64,000 nt of DNA from Cytophagales bacterium. GTDB taxonomy: Bacteria; Bacteroidota; Bacteroidia; Cytophagales; Spirosomataceae. The notes under the pieces are model-generated. The model was not told the DNA's origin and did not search any database. It saw nothing but the letters and a program-made list of their open reading frames with translations. The first letter of the stretch is position 1. Every line of letters starts with the position of its first letter. Of the stretch, positions 39,933 through 49,449 are shown piece by piece. A program made the position numbers and the translations under genes. The DNA is taken from positions 5,937-69,936 of the forward strand of contig JBBSTD010000014.1 in the NCBI GenBank assembly GCA_038236215.1. The letters run 5' to 3'.

Positions 39933-42221
39933 CTATTTTTTGGCTGGTTTGGCGCTCATATAAAAGGTTAGTTTACCACCTTTCATGATGTCAGAATGGG
40001 TAATAACGAGCTGGGTTAACGGCTTGCCGTTCAACAGTACCTTTTGTACATACACGTTTTTGTCGCTCTGGTTAATGGCTTCGATGGTGAACGTCTGCCC
40101 GTTCTCCAGATTCAGCCGGGCACTTTTGACCGATGGGCTACCGAGTGAATACTCGTCCGAACCGGGAGCGACCGGATAAAAACCCATCGACGAAAAGAGG
40201 TACCACGCACTCATCTGTCCGCAGTCGTCGTTGCCGCCCAGCCCGTCGGGGGTGGACTGGTACTGCTTGTTGAGAATCATCCGAACCCGTTCCTGCGTTT
40301 TCCAGGGCTGGCCCGCCCAATTGTACAGGTAGGCAATGTGATGAGCTGGTTCGTTGCCGTGAATGTAGCCGCCAATGATACCCTCGCGGGTGATGTCTTC
40401 GGTTTCGGCAAAAAACTCATCCGGCAGGTGCATCGAGAAGAGCGAGTCGAGCCGGTTTGCAAACTTCTTTGGGCCACCCATCGCCTGCATCAGGGCTGCC
40501 GGGTCCTGCGGAACGAAGAAGCTGAAATTCCAGGAGTTGCCTTCGATAAAGCCCTGACCTTCCGTTTTGGACACATCAAACTCCTTCTTGAAACTACCAT
40601 CGGCCAGCCGGGGACGCATAAACCCGATGGACGTATCGTACACGTTTTTCCAGTTTTTGGCCCGTTTTTGATAGGTTTCATACACATCCGTCCGGCCTAA
40701 TTTCTTCGCCAGTTGGGCAATGCACCAGTCGTCGTAGGCGTATTCGAGGGTGTTAGAAACGGAGGTCCGGTTGGCCGTTGCTGGGATATATCCCTTGTCG
40801 ATGTAGACGCCGATTCCTTCGTAATCGCGGTGATTGGATGTGGCAATACAGGCGTCGAGAACTTTCTGCGCATCACCTTTGTACGTACCTTTAATTACCG
40901 CGTCGGCCAGTACGGATACGCTGTGGTAACCGCTCATGCACCAGTTGTCGTTGGCGTAGTGCGACCAGATAGGAAGCATCTTCAAGGTGCTCTGGTCGTA
41001 ATGCGCCATCATGGATGCCACCATGTCGTTGTTCCGTTTGGGCTGAATGAGGTTAAAAAACGGGTGCAAGGCCCGATAAGTATCCCAGAGCGAAAAGGTG
41101 GTGTAGTTGGTAAATCCATCGGCCTGATGCGCGTTTTGGTCCAGCCCCTTATACTGCCCGTTGACATCCATGTAGGTGGTTGGATTGATAAACGAATGGT
41201 ACAGCGAGGTGTAGAAATTCACTTTGTCGGTTTCCGACGCGCCGATCTGGATTTTATTCAGTTCGTTGTTCCAGTTGGCCTGCGCCTGCGCTTTTACGGC
41301 ATCAAAGTTCCACCCCGGCACTTCAGCCCGCATGTTGGCCAGCGCATTCTCCTGACTAACCGGCGACAGGGCCATTTTTAGCTTTACCTGCCCGCCCTCT
41401 TCCGTATCGAAGTCGAAGTACATCCGGATCTTTTTGCCTGCTATCTCCGGGAAGTTCTTCGTCTGGTCGAATTTGCGCCAGAAGCCCTTGTACACCTGTG
41501 CTTTGTCCAGGTTTTGCTGGCCGTATGATTTGAACGGTTTGGAGAACGACAGGGCGAAATACACCGTTCGGGTGCGTGCCCAGCCATTGGTTTGCCGGAA
41601 CCCCGTCACCAGCGTATCGTTGACCACCCGCACAAAGGTCCAGACCACCTTATCCTCGTAGTTATAAATGCCGTGCATCAAATCCAGAATAATGTGCGAC
41701 TGGTCGGATTTGGGGAAGGTGTACTGGTGAAAACCAACCCGGCTGCTGGCGGTTAGTTCGGCGGTGATGGCGTGGTCGTCGAGTTTGACTTTGTAGTAAC
41801 CCGCTTCGGCCACCTCGTTCGAGTGGGAGAAGGCCGAGCGATACCCACCTTTCGGGTTCGACGCCACGCCTGGATTAAGCTGGAGCGCGCCCTGCGTGGG
41901 CATGATTAGAAAATCGCCCAGGTCGGAGTGGCCTGTACCGCTGAAGTGCGTGTGGCTGAATCCCACAATCGTTTTGTCTTCGTATTTATAACCCGCGCAG
42001 TATTTGTAAACATCCCCGTTGTACTTACCATTGATTTCGTACGACAGCGTATCGGTATCCGGACTCAACTGAACCGCCCCAAACGGAACCGTTGCCCCCG
42101 GAAAGGTGTGCCCCATTTTTTCGGTACCGATCAGCGGATGGACATAGGGAACCAGATTTTGCTGGGCGAAGGAAAGTAGTACGAAAAACTGGAAAAGGAA
42201 GAGCAGACTAAGTTTTAGCAT
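39933..42221 (-). CDS. GH92 alpha-mannosidase
   Basis: GHTFPGATVPFG, FSHTHFSGTG, FSLWDTYRA, GNEPAHH, GNDDCGQMSAW; signal peptide from 42221. Confidence 0.93.
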   Translation of the reverse strand: MLKLSLLFLFQFFVLLSFAQQNLVPYVHPLIGTEKMGHTFPGATVPFGAVQLSPDTDTLSYEINGKYNGDVYKYCAGYKYEDKTIVGFSHTHFSGTGHSDLGDFLIMPTQGALQLNPGVASNPKGGYRSAFSHSNEVAEAGYYKVKLDDHAITAELTASSRVGFHQYTFPKSDQSHIILDLMHGIYNYEDKVVWTFVRVVNDTLVTGFRQTNGWARTRTVYFALSFSKPFKSYGQQNLDKAQVYKGFWRKFDQTKNFPEIAGKKIRMYFDFDTEEGGQVKLKMALSPVSQENALANMRAEVPGWNFDAVKAQAQANWNNELNKIQIGASETDKVNFYTSLYHSFINPTTYMDVNGQYKGLDQNAHQADGFTNYTTFSLWDTYRALHPFFNLIQPKRNNDMVASMMAHYDQSTLKMLPIWSHYANDNWCMSGYHSVSVLADAVIKGTYKGDAQKVLDACIATSNHRDYEGIGVYIDKGYIPATANRTSVSNTLEYAYDDWCIAQLAKKLGRTDVYETYQKRAKNWKNVYDTSIGFMRPRLADGSFKKEFDVSKTEGQGFIEGNSWNFSFFVPQDPAALMQAMGGPKKFANRLDSLFSMHLPDEFFAETEDITREGIIGGYIHGNEPAHHIAYLYNWAGQPWKTQERVRMILNKQYQSTPDGLGGNDDCGQMSAWYLFSSMGFYPVAPGSDEYSLGSPSVKSARLNLENGQTFTIEAINQSDKNVYVQKVLLNGKPLTQLVITHSDIMKGGKLTFYMSAKPAKK

Positions 42222-42315
42222 TTTCGGTAGAGATGGCCCGTAAGCAGAGTTTTGGGCTAAAAAGGTACGAAAAGGTTTTGGAAAGAATGGCGTTGTTGGG
42301 CCAATAGGTCTATAG

Positions 42316-42382
42316 GTATTCTGGACGTCTACGTCCGGGTGTAATTCATTCCAATTCACCCGGACGTGGACGTCCAGGATAC
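42316..42382. repeat. REP doublet, GTATCCTGGACGKCCACGTCCGGGT family (copy 1)
   Basis: Inverted 26-mers at 42316-42341 and 42357-42382 with two mismatches. Confidence 0.85.
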
Positions 42383-42435
42383 AGACAACTCCTTAATAGA
42401 TTCAATATGAGACAAATCTCACAGCTACGTCATAA

Positions 42436-42476
42436 AAAAAGCGGGACCGAATCGCTATGATTCGGTCCCGCTTTTT
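42436..42476 (-). terminator. Intrinsic terminator of the ohrR-ohr-oxidoreductase operon (bidirectional)
   Basis: AAAAAGCGGGACCGAATC-GCTAT-GATTCGGTCCCGCTTTTT. Confidence 0.88.
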
Positions 42477-42491
42477 GGGGTAGTCTTGTAT

Positions 42492-43490
42492 TTACACTTC
42501 CACAATCATTTTGCCGGTGTTCTGACCCGAAAATAGCCCCAGCAGGGCTTCCGGTAAGGCGTCGAATCCGTTGAGGGTCGTTTCGGTGTAGTGTAGTTTG
42601 CCTTCCTTAATCCAGGCGGCTAACTGCTGAATACCTTCACCGAAGCGCTTGCTATAATTACCCACGATGAAGCCCTGCATCAGCACACTCCGGGTCAGCA
42701 ACATTGGCTGAATCCGGGGGCCAACGGGCGTTTCGGTGGCGTTGTAGAAGGCAATCTGTCCGCACAGGGGAATGCGGGCGTGGAAATTGATGTTGGCAAT
42801 GACGGCATCCGACACCTCACCGCCCACGTTGTCGAAATACACGTCGACGCCATCGGGACAAGCCTCGGCAATGGCTTTTTTCAGGTCCGGTGCCGTTTTG
42901 TAGTTCACCACCGCGTCGAAGCCGAACGATTCGGTCAGCATGGCCACCTTGTCGTCCGAACCGGCAATACCGACCACCCGGCACCCCTGAATTTTGGCAA
43001 TCTGTCCGACCAGAATACCCACCGCTCCGGCGGCTCCCGACACCACGACGGTTTCGCCCGCTTTGGGCTTGCCGATGTCCAGCAACCCAAAATAAGCCGT
43101 CAGGCCCGGCATACCCAGAATTCCCAGATAATAGCTGGCGGGGGCCAGATTCGTGTCAATCTTTTTCAGCCCACTGGCCGAAACAACCGACTGAGTTGCC
43201 CAGGGTAAGCTACCCGTTATCACGTCGCCGGGAGCGAATCCATCCGCCTGACTCTCAATGACCTTCGCTACCGCACCACCCGACAGCGGCTGGCCCAGCT
43301 CGAAAGGGGGTACGTAGGATTTACCGGCATTCATCCGGCCCCGCATGTACGGGTCGACGGAGAAATACGTGGGTTGAACCAGTAGTTCACCGGATTTCAG
43401 GGCGGGCAGTTCGACGGTATCGAACTGGAATGTGGCCGCATCTGGCATACCGGTGGGGCGCGAGGCTAAACTGATTTGTTTGTTTTTCAT
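42492..43490 (-). CDS. NADP-dependent oxidoreductase (prostaglandin reductase/YncB-like)
   Basis: [37 protein letters not shown]. Confidence 0.9.
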   Translation of the reverse strand: MKNKQISLASRPTGMPDAATFQFDTVELPALKSGELLVQPTYFSVDPYMRGRMNAGKSYVPPFELGQPLSGGAVAKVIESQADGFAPGDVITGSLPWATQSVVSASGLKKIDTNLAPASYYLGILGMPGLTAYFGLLDIGKPKAGETVVVSGAAGAVGILVGQIAKIQGCRVVGIAGSDDKVAMLTESFGFDAVVNYKTAPDLKKAIAEACPDGVDVYFDNVGGEVSDAVIANINFHARIPLCGQIAFYNATETPVGPRIQPMLLTRSVLMQGFIVGNYSKRFGEGIQQLAAWIKEGKLHYTETTLNGFDALPEALLGLFSGQNTGKMIVEV

Positions 43491-43930
43491 ATCTGAGCAG
43501 GGGTTTCCTGGATTGTTACGGTGAGGGTTACGTCAAGGTTATTTCTGGTGGCGTTGGAGTAGGGACATACGGCGTGGGCTTTCTGAACGAGGGCCTCGGC
43601 CTGCGCCTGATCCACACCCGGTACGTTGACCACGAGGGTAACGGCCAGACCGAAACCGCCCGCGTCCAGTTTTCCGATGCTCACGGCCGAATTAACGGTA
43701 GTAGGACCGGTTTTCAGTTTGGCGGTACGGATAACGAGGTTGAGCGCACTGTCGAAACAGGCGGCATAGCCAGCCGCAAACAACTGCTCGGGGTTGGTGT
43801 AGGCCCCGCCGGAACCACCCAGTTCGCGGGGGGTGCGTACGTCGAGGTCCAGCACAGAATCGGAAGAGGTTACGTGCCCGTCACGCCCGCCGTTGGCTGT
43901 AGCCTGGGCGGTATAAAGCGATTGAAACAT
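43487..43930 (-). CDS. ohr: Organic hydroperoxide resistance protein
   Basis: [14 protein letters not shown] and VCPYS catalytic cysteines. Confidence 0.93.
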   Translation of the reverse strand: MFQSLYTAQATANGGRDGHVTSSDSVLDLDVRTPRELGGSGGAYTNPEQLFAAGYAACFDSALNLVIRTAKLKTGPTTVNSAVSIGKLDAGGFGLAVTLVVNVPGVDQAQAEALVQKAHAVCPYSNATRNNLDVTLTVTIQETPAQI

Positions 43931-43947
43931 GGTTTTTGTTGATTGAT

Positions 43948-44379
43948 TTATTCTTCGTTTGTGAGTTGATTTAAGAGTGCAACTAACTGGTCGCGCAGGT
44001 TAACCGCCTGCTGGTCGGTGAGTTGCAAACGTTGTTGTAGTTGTTCCGGAACGGTGGCGGCCTGTTCGCGCAGGACTTTACCCGCGTCGGTCAACTGAAT
44101 GCTTACCTGCCGCTCATCGATGGTACTTCGCGTTCGGCTAACGAGTCCCTTTTGCTCCAGCCGTTTCAGCAGGGGGGTCAGCGTACCAGAATCCAGCAAC
44201 AGCCGGTCGCCAATGGCGCTGACGGACTGGTTATCCGTTTCCCACAAAAAGAGCATGACCAGGTATTGCGGATACGTCAGGTCCAGTTGTTCGAGCAGGG
44301 GCCGGTAGTGGGCCGTCACCTGCCTGGATAGGGCATATAGCGGAAAACATACCTGATTAGCCAGTGATAAACGATTCAT
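43948..44379 (-). CDS. ohrR: MarR-family organic peroxide sensor
   Basis: QVCFPLY reactive Cys, [22 protein letters not shown]. Confidence 0.9.
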   Translation of the reverse strand: MNRLSLANQVCFPLYALSRQVTAHYRPLLEQLDLTYPQYLVMLFLWETDNQSVSAIGDRLLLDSGTLTPLLKRLEQKGLVSRTRSTIDERQVSIQLTDAGKVLREQAATVPEQLQQRLQLTDQQAVNLRDQLVALLNQLTNEE

Positions 44380-44386
44380 TGTCTGC

Positions 44387-44410
44387 AATTATATTGTGTA
44401 CGATTTAATT
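44387..44410. promoter_or_regulatory. OhrR operator candidate
   Basis: Imperfect 24-bp palindrome AATTATATTGTGTACGATTTAATT immediately upstream of ohrR. Confidence 0.55.
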
Positions 44411-44476
44411 AACTGAGGTAAGGCTGATAAAGTTTACTAGCCCCCGACTATTTTATTGAAAACCCGGTGCGGTGTT

Positions 44477-44579
44477 GTGCGAAATAGAAGCTATTGGTGC
44501 GATTTCGCACGTTTTTGTTAAGATTATTTTAGGTAAAAAACTGAATAGTAGAGCGTTGTCTTCTGGCATATTGTTTGGC
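44477..44579 (+). promoter_or_regulatory. Sigma54-like promoter with tandem upstream activator sites
   Basis: GTGCGAAATAGAAG (44477-44490) and perfect GTGCGATTTCGCAC (44497-44510); CTGGCATATTGTTTGGC (44563-44579) has GG-N10-GG spacing. Confidence 0.55.
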
Positions 44580-44607
44580 TTACTAGGGGTAAATCAATCC
44601 ATCCGTC

Positions 44608-45867
44608 ATGGACAAGGAACTTGCCCCGGAACTCGTTAGCCGCTCCCGTAATCGAACCCTGCTCATTGGCGGGGGTGTACTGCTGGTCGTGACGGCGGCT
44701 ATCTTCGGGCTGCGGGATGTCATCAAAACATCGGTCGAAGCTGACAAGATACGGCTGGCAACGGCGGAGGTTGGTCCCGTCGAAAATACCCTGAATGCGA
44801 CGGGTGAAGTCATTCCTGCCTTCGAGCAGGTCATTATCAGCCCTATTCGGGCCAGTATCCGGCGGGTATTACTCACGCCCGGTACGGCTGTCAAACCTGG
44901 TCAGCCCATCCTCGACCTCGACAAATCCCTGACCGAAATAGACCTCGAAAAACTAAACGTTCAACTGGCGCTGAAACGCAACGGCATCGACCAGTTGCGG
45001 ATGAAACTCAATAAGAGCCTGTACGATGCCGAAGTGAACGATAAAATTAAACTGCTGAACATCAACCGGCTAAAGGCCGAACTGGAAAGTGAAAGACGGT
45101 TGCAGAAAGTAGGAGGGAGTACCGGCGAAGAAGTGACCCGCGCCGAAAATGCCCTGCGGGTGGCCGAACTGGAAAAAACCCAATTGGAAAACGACCTCAC
45201 CTACAACCGGCAGTCGATGGGGGCTAGCCTGCGCGAAACAGCTTTACAGGCAGAAATCGAAGAAAAGAACCTGAAAGAATTAACTCACAAACTAAAACAG
45301 GCCGATATTGTAGCCGACCGGCCAGGGGTGCTGACGTGGGTGAATGAAAACATTGGCTCGTCAGTCAGTGAGGGCGAGATGCTGGCCAAGCTAGCCGACC
45401 TGGGCAGTTTCCGCATCGAAGGCTCCTGCTCGGACGTGTACGCTGAACAGGTGAAAGTGGGCTTACCCGTCACGGTGAAAGTTAACGATATTACCCTGCG
45501 GGGCCTGATTGCCCAGGTGAAACCCGCCGTAAAAAATGGCGTAGTACAGTTCGTGGTTCAACTGGACGATAACCGCCACACGTCCCTGCGCCCGAATATG
45601 AAAGTAGACGTTTTCATTGTCACAAACCGGTTGGCACAGGCCGTTCGGGTAGCCAACGGCCCGTTTTTTAAGGGTAAACGCCAGCAGTTTCTGTTTGTGT
45701 TGCCGAAGGGAACCAGCGTAGCCCATCGGCGGGAGGTGGAAACGGGCCTCTCGAACTTCGACTTTGTGGAGATAAAAAGTGGCCTTCGGGCGGGGGAACA
45801 AATCATCCTGACCGATCTGAGCCAGTACGAGCATCTGGACGAAATCACTGTCGCCCCAAAACCATGA
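44608..45867 (+). CDS. HlyD/MFP periplasmic adaptor of an ABC exporter
   Basis: N-terminal TM helix, long coiled coil, LRPNMKVDV. Confidence 0.88.
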   Translation: MDKELAPELVSRSRNRTLLIGGGVLLVVTAAIFGLRDVIKTSVEADKIRLATAEVGPVENTLNATGEVIPAFEQVIISPIRASIRRVLLTPGTAVKPGQPILDLDKSLTEIDLEKLNVQLALKRNGIDQLRMKLNKSLYDAEVNDKIKLLNINRLKAELESERRLQKVGGSTGEEVTRAENALRVAELEKTQLENDLTYNRQSMGASLRETALQAEIEEKNLKELTHKLKQADIVADRPGVLTWVNENIGSSVSEGEMLAKLADLGSFRIEGSCSDVYAEQVKVGLPVTVKVNDITLRGLIAQVKPAVKNGVVQFVVQLDDNRHTSLRPNMKVDVFIVTNRLAQAVRVANGPFFKGKRQQFLFVLPKGTSVAHRREVETGLSNFDFVEIKSGLRAGEQIILTDLSQYEHLDEITVAPKP

Positions 45868-47351
45868 TCCACACGGTTATGAATCGCTTTTTCCTCATTT
45901 TTATCGGGTTGCTGGGCATAATTGAAGGTGCTTCTGCACAAACAACAATTACCACGCTGGCCGAGGTGTTGCAGATGGCGCAGGCGCAATCGGTAGCGGC
46001 CAAACGGGCCAATACGCAAAAACGGACCAACTACTGGCAGTACCGGTCGTATCAGGCGCAGTATAAACCGCAACTGAGTCTGGATGGGACATTGCCCAAC
46101 TTTACCCGCTCGTACGTGCAGGTGACGCAGCCCGACGGTAACATTCGGTTTGAACCCGTTTCGTATAATAACTCGACCCTGAACCTGTCGCTGAGCCAGA
46201 CCATCGCCCCGACCGGCGGGACCATTTTTGTGCAGAAACAACTCCAGCGGTTCGATAATTTCCTTCAGGGTAGCAGGCTCTACAACGGTATTCCGTTCGG
46301 GATTGGCCTGAGTCAGCCGCTGTTGCAGTTCAACCCCATGCGGTGGGACCGCCGGATTCAGCCGCTACTGTACGCCGAAGGAAAACAGCAGTTTATCGAA
46401 TCCCTCGAACAGGTTTCGTTGACGGCTACGACACTCTACTTCGACTTGCTGGTGGCGCAGGTTAATCTGCAAATCGCCGAAACTAACCGGGCCAACAACG
46501 ATACGCTCTACCAGATTGCCCTGCATAAACTGGACCTCGGCCGGATTTCGCAGAATGACTTACTGCAACTGCAACTTAGCGTGCTGAACGCCCAGAAAGA
46601 TCTGGCGTCGGCCCGACAAACGGCGGCTGTGGCTTCATTACGACTACGGTCATTTATTGGTGCCGGACTCGGAACAGAGGGGACGGGAACTGGTATGAAT
46701 CAGTCGCTTAACCTGACCATTCCTGACCAGCTACCCGTTCTGATGGTCGACATGAAACTGGCATTGAACGAAGCGGTGCGAAATCGTTCAGCCGCCATTG
46801 GTTTCCGCCGTCGCACGCTGGAAGCCGAACGGGATCTGGAAAAAGCCCGCAAAAACAACGGGCTGAATGCAACACTCGTAGCGGGTTACGGCCTGTCGAA
46901 TCAGGGACTTACGCTGGGCGATGTGTACGTGCGGCCGCAAAACCGGGAGTATGTTTCGCTCCAGTTCACGCTGCCCATCGTTACCTGGGGACGGGCGCAG
47001 GCGCTGGTAGAAACGGCGAAGGCAAGCCGGGAACTGACGCAGCAGACGGTGGAGCAGGATAAATTGACCTTTGAGCAGGAGATTTTTACGCAGGTAACGC
47101 TGCTGCAGATGCTCCGGCAGCAGGTAACCTTAACGGCGCAGGCCGACGGGATTGGACAGCGTCGCTACCAGATTGCGCAGGAACGGTTTAAACTAAGCAA
47201 CCTGAGCGTGACGGATTTAGGCATCGCCACCCAGGAAAAAGACCGCGCCCGTCGCGATGCCATCCTGGCCCTGCGCGACTACTGGCAGGCGTTTTACATG
47301 CTTCGATTACTGACTTTATACGATTTTGAAACAAACCAGAGAATAAAGTAA
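45864..47351 (+). CDS. TolC-family protein
   Basis: Signal peptide; OEP repeats; overlaps the upstream stop (ATGA). Confidence 0.88.
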   Translation: MIHTVMNRFFLIFIGLLGIIEGASAQTTITTLAEVLQMAQAQSVAAKRANTQKRTNYWQYRSYQAQYKPQLSLDGTLPNFTRSYVQVTQPDGNIRFEPVSYNNSTLNLSLSQTIAPTGGTIFVQKQLQRFDNFLQGSRLYNGIPFGIGLSQPLLQFNPMRWDRRIQPLLYAEGKQQFIESLEQVSLTATTLYFDLLVAQVNLQIAETNRANNDTLYQIALHKLDLGRISQNDLLQLQLSVLNAQKDLASARQTAAVASLRLRSFIGAGLGTEGTGTGMNQSLNLTIPDQLPVLMVDMKLALNEAVRNRSAAIGFRRRTLEAERDLEKARKNNGLNATLVAGYGLSNQGLTLGDVYVRPQNREYVSLQFTLPIVTWGRAQALVETAKASRELTQQTVEQDKLTFEQEIFTQVTLLQMLRQQVTLTAQADGIGQRRYQIAQERFKLSNLSVTDLGIATQEKDRARRDAILALRDYWQAFYMLRLLTLYDFETNQRIK

Positions 47352-47454
47352 ATGAGCGAAAGAATGAGAGAGCGAAAGAGTGAAAGTTGCTGACGTCAGC
47401 ACTTCTCGCGCCAGCAACTTCCGCTCATTCATTCTTTCACCCTTTCACTCTTTC
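47351..47454. repeat. Heptamer-repeat foldback (GAAAGAG / TCTTTCA)
   Basis: Left arm begins in the TAA stop; inner stem AAGTTGCTG/CAGCAACTT; same unit as 8454-8586. Confidence 0.8.
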
Positions 47455-47465
47455 CCAACGCAACT

Positions 47466-48128
47466 ATGATCGCTCTCCAAAACATCGAAAAAGTGTATCG
47501 CACCAGCACCATCGAAACGCTGGCGCTGAACAACATCAACCTGACTATCAAAAAAGGGGAGTTTGTCTCCATCATGGGGCCGTCGGGCTGCGGCAAGAGT
47601 ACCCTGTTGAACGTGATGGGTCTGCTGGATGAACCCTCGAAAGGAACCGTTCAACTCGACGGGCAACCCGTGATGACGTACACCGACAAGGAACTGGCCC
47701 GGTTGCGCAACCAGAAAATCGGCTTCATTTTTCAGAGCTTCCACCTGATCAATGATTTATCCGTGCTCGATAACGTGGAAATTCCGCTCCTGTATCGCTC
47801 GGCTGACGGGAAGTCCCGTCAGGAGTACGCCAGAGAGGCACTCACCAAAGTGGGGTTGAGTAACCGGATGAAGCACTTCCCAAAGCAGCTTTCGGGTGGA
47901 CAGAAACAGCGGGTAGCCATCGCCCGCGCCATCGTGGGCAACCCGGACATCATCCTCGCCGACGAACCCACCGGTAACCTCGACAGTGCAATGGGCAACG
48001 AAATCATGAACATCCTGCAACAACTCAACGACGACGGAACTACCATCGTGATGGTCACCCACGACGAACAAATGGCCAAACGCACGCATCGGCTGATTCG
48101 CCTTTTCGACGGCTCGCAGGTGTTGTAA
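47466..48128 (+). CDS. ABC transporter ATP-binding protein (MacB/LolD-type)
   Basis: [26 protein letters not shown]. Confidence 0.93.
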   Translation: MIALQNIEKVYRTSTIETLALNNINLTIKKGEFVSIMGPSGCGKSTLLNVMGLLDEPSKGTVQLDGQPVMTYTDKELARLRNQKIGFIFQSFHLINDLSVLDNVEIPLLYRSADGKSRQEYAREALTKVGLSNRMKHFPKQLSGGQKQRVAIARAIVGNPDIILADEPTGNLDSAMGNEIMNILQQLNDDGTTIVMVTHDEQMAKRTHRLIRLFDGSQVL

Positions 48129-48195
48129 ATGGTTAAAGAGCGAAAGGCTGAATCATTCTTTCACTCTTTGTCTCATTCGCCCTTTCACTCTTTAA
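48128..48195. repeat. Short heptamer-repeat foldback
   Basis: AATGGTTAAAGAGCGAAAGG versus CCTTTCACTCTTTAATCAT and neighbouring TCTTTCA units. Confidence 0.7.
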
Positions 48196-48197
48196 TC

Positions 48198-49445
48198 ATG
48201 CTAACCAACTACATAAAAATAGCCTGGAAGGTGTTGCTGCGGCATCCGTTCTACACCTTCATCACCCTCTTCGGTATTAGCCTGACGCTGACCGTACTGA
48301 TGGTGTTAACCTCCTTTCTGGACCACCTCATCGGGGCGCACTACCCCGAAACCAAGCGGGACAGGACGCTGTACGTCATGCAGATGGTACAGCGGGATTC
48401 GGCCCGGACGGGGCAGAGTTCGGGACCGATGAGTTTTAAGTTTCTAACCGACTATGCCAAATCGCTGAAAACTCCTGAACGCGTAACCATCTGCACATTT
48501 ATCAATAGCTCCAATGCCTATGTGGGTTCTCAAAAAATCAAGCTCAATACCAAGTTTACCGATGCTGATTTCTGGCGGGTTATGGACTTTGAGTTTTTAG
48601 ATGGGAAGCCTTATAACGAGCAGACTATTGCCAGTGGTGACAATGTGGCGGTCATTACCGACAACTTTCGAAAGCAGTATTTCGATAAGGCCGACGAATC
48701 GGTGGTGGGGAAAAGTGTGGAGATTGAAAACGTGAATTATAAAGTAATTGGTGTTGTAAAAGACAGCCCCGCGACGCGCCCATTTTCCTACGCTGACGTT
48801 TTCTTTCCGTACACGGCTCCCAAAAGTAATTACCAGAGCAGCGGTATGCGGGGTGGGTACGTCGCGATGATACTGGCCAAAAATAAATCGGATATGAAAG
48901 GCATTCAGGACGAATTTCAGGGGCGTATCAATCGCATTCCGGTGCCGGGTATTCAGGATGGGTATAAATATTCGGAAGTTGAAGTCAAAAGTGAAACGTA
49001 TGCCGAAAATTTTATCGGCCCACTCATGAGAAGTGGCCCCGGTCTGCGTACTATATTTTTTGGCATCATCGGGTTTGTTGTGTTCATGTTACTTGGACTA
49101 CCCGCCATTAATCTGGTGAATATAAACGTGAGTCGCATTATGGAACGGGCGTCGGAAATTGGTATTCGAAAAGCATTCGGTGCACCCGTAAAAACGCTGG
49201 TCTGGCAGTTTATTGTAGAAAATATTTTCATTACATTCATCGGTGGTACTATTGCTATTGGGCTGACACTAATTATCATTCATCTGATCAATGCCAGCGG
49301 TTGGATTGCCTATGCTGACCTCACTATTAACTTGAACGTATTCATTATCAGTCTATTGGTTTGTGTGATTTTTGGTTTGCTATCAGGCGTATTACCGGCT
49401 CTCCGTATGGCAAAACTTTCCATTGCTGACGCACTTAAATCCTAA
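48198..49445 (+). CDS. ABC permease (MacB/FtsX family)
   Basis: FYTFITLFGISL and ERASEIGIRKAFGA motifs. Confidence 0.88.
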   Translation: MLTNYIKIAWKVLLRHPFYTFITLFGISLTLTVLMVLTSFLDHLIGAHYPETKRDRTLYVMQMVQRDSARTGQSSGPMSFKFLTDYAKSLKTPERVTICTFINSSNAYVGSQKIKLNTKFTDADFWRVMDFEFLDGKPYNEQTIASGDNVAVITDNFRKQYFDKADESVVGKSVEIENVNYKVIGVVKDSPATRPFSYADVFFPYTAPKSNYQSSGMRGGYVAMILAKNKSDMKGIQDEFQGRINRIPVPGIQDGYKYSEVEVKSETYAENFIGPLMRSGPGLRTIFFGIIGFVVFMLLGLPAINLVNINVSRIMERASEIGIRKAFGAPVKTLVWQFIVENIFITFIGGTIAIGLTLIIIHLINASGWIAYADLTINLNVFIISLLVCVIFGLLSGVLPALRMAKLSIADALKS

Positions 49446-49449
49446 TATC

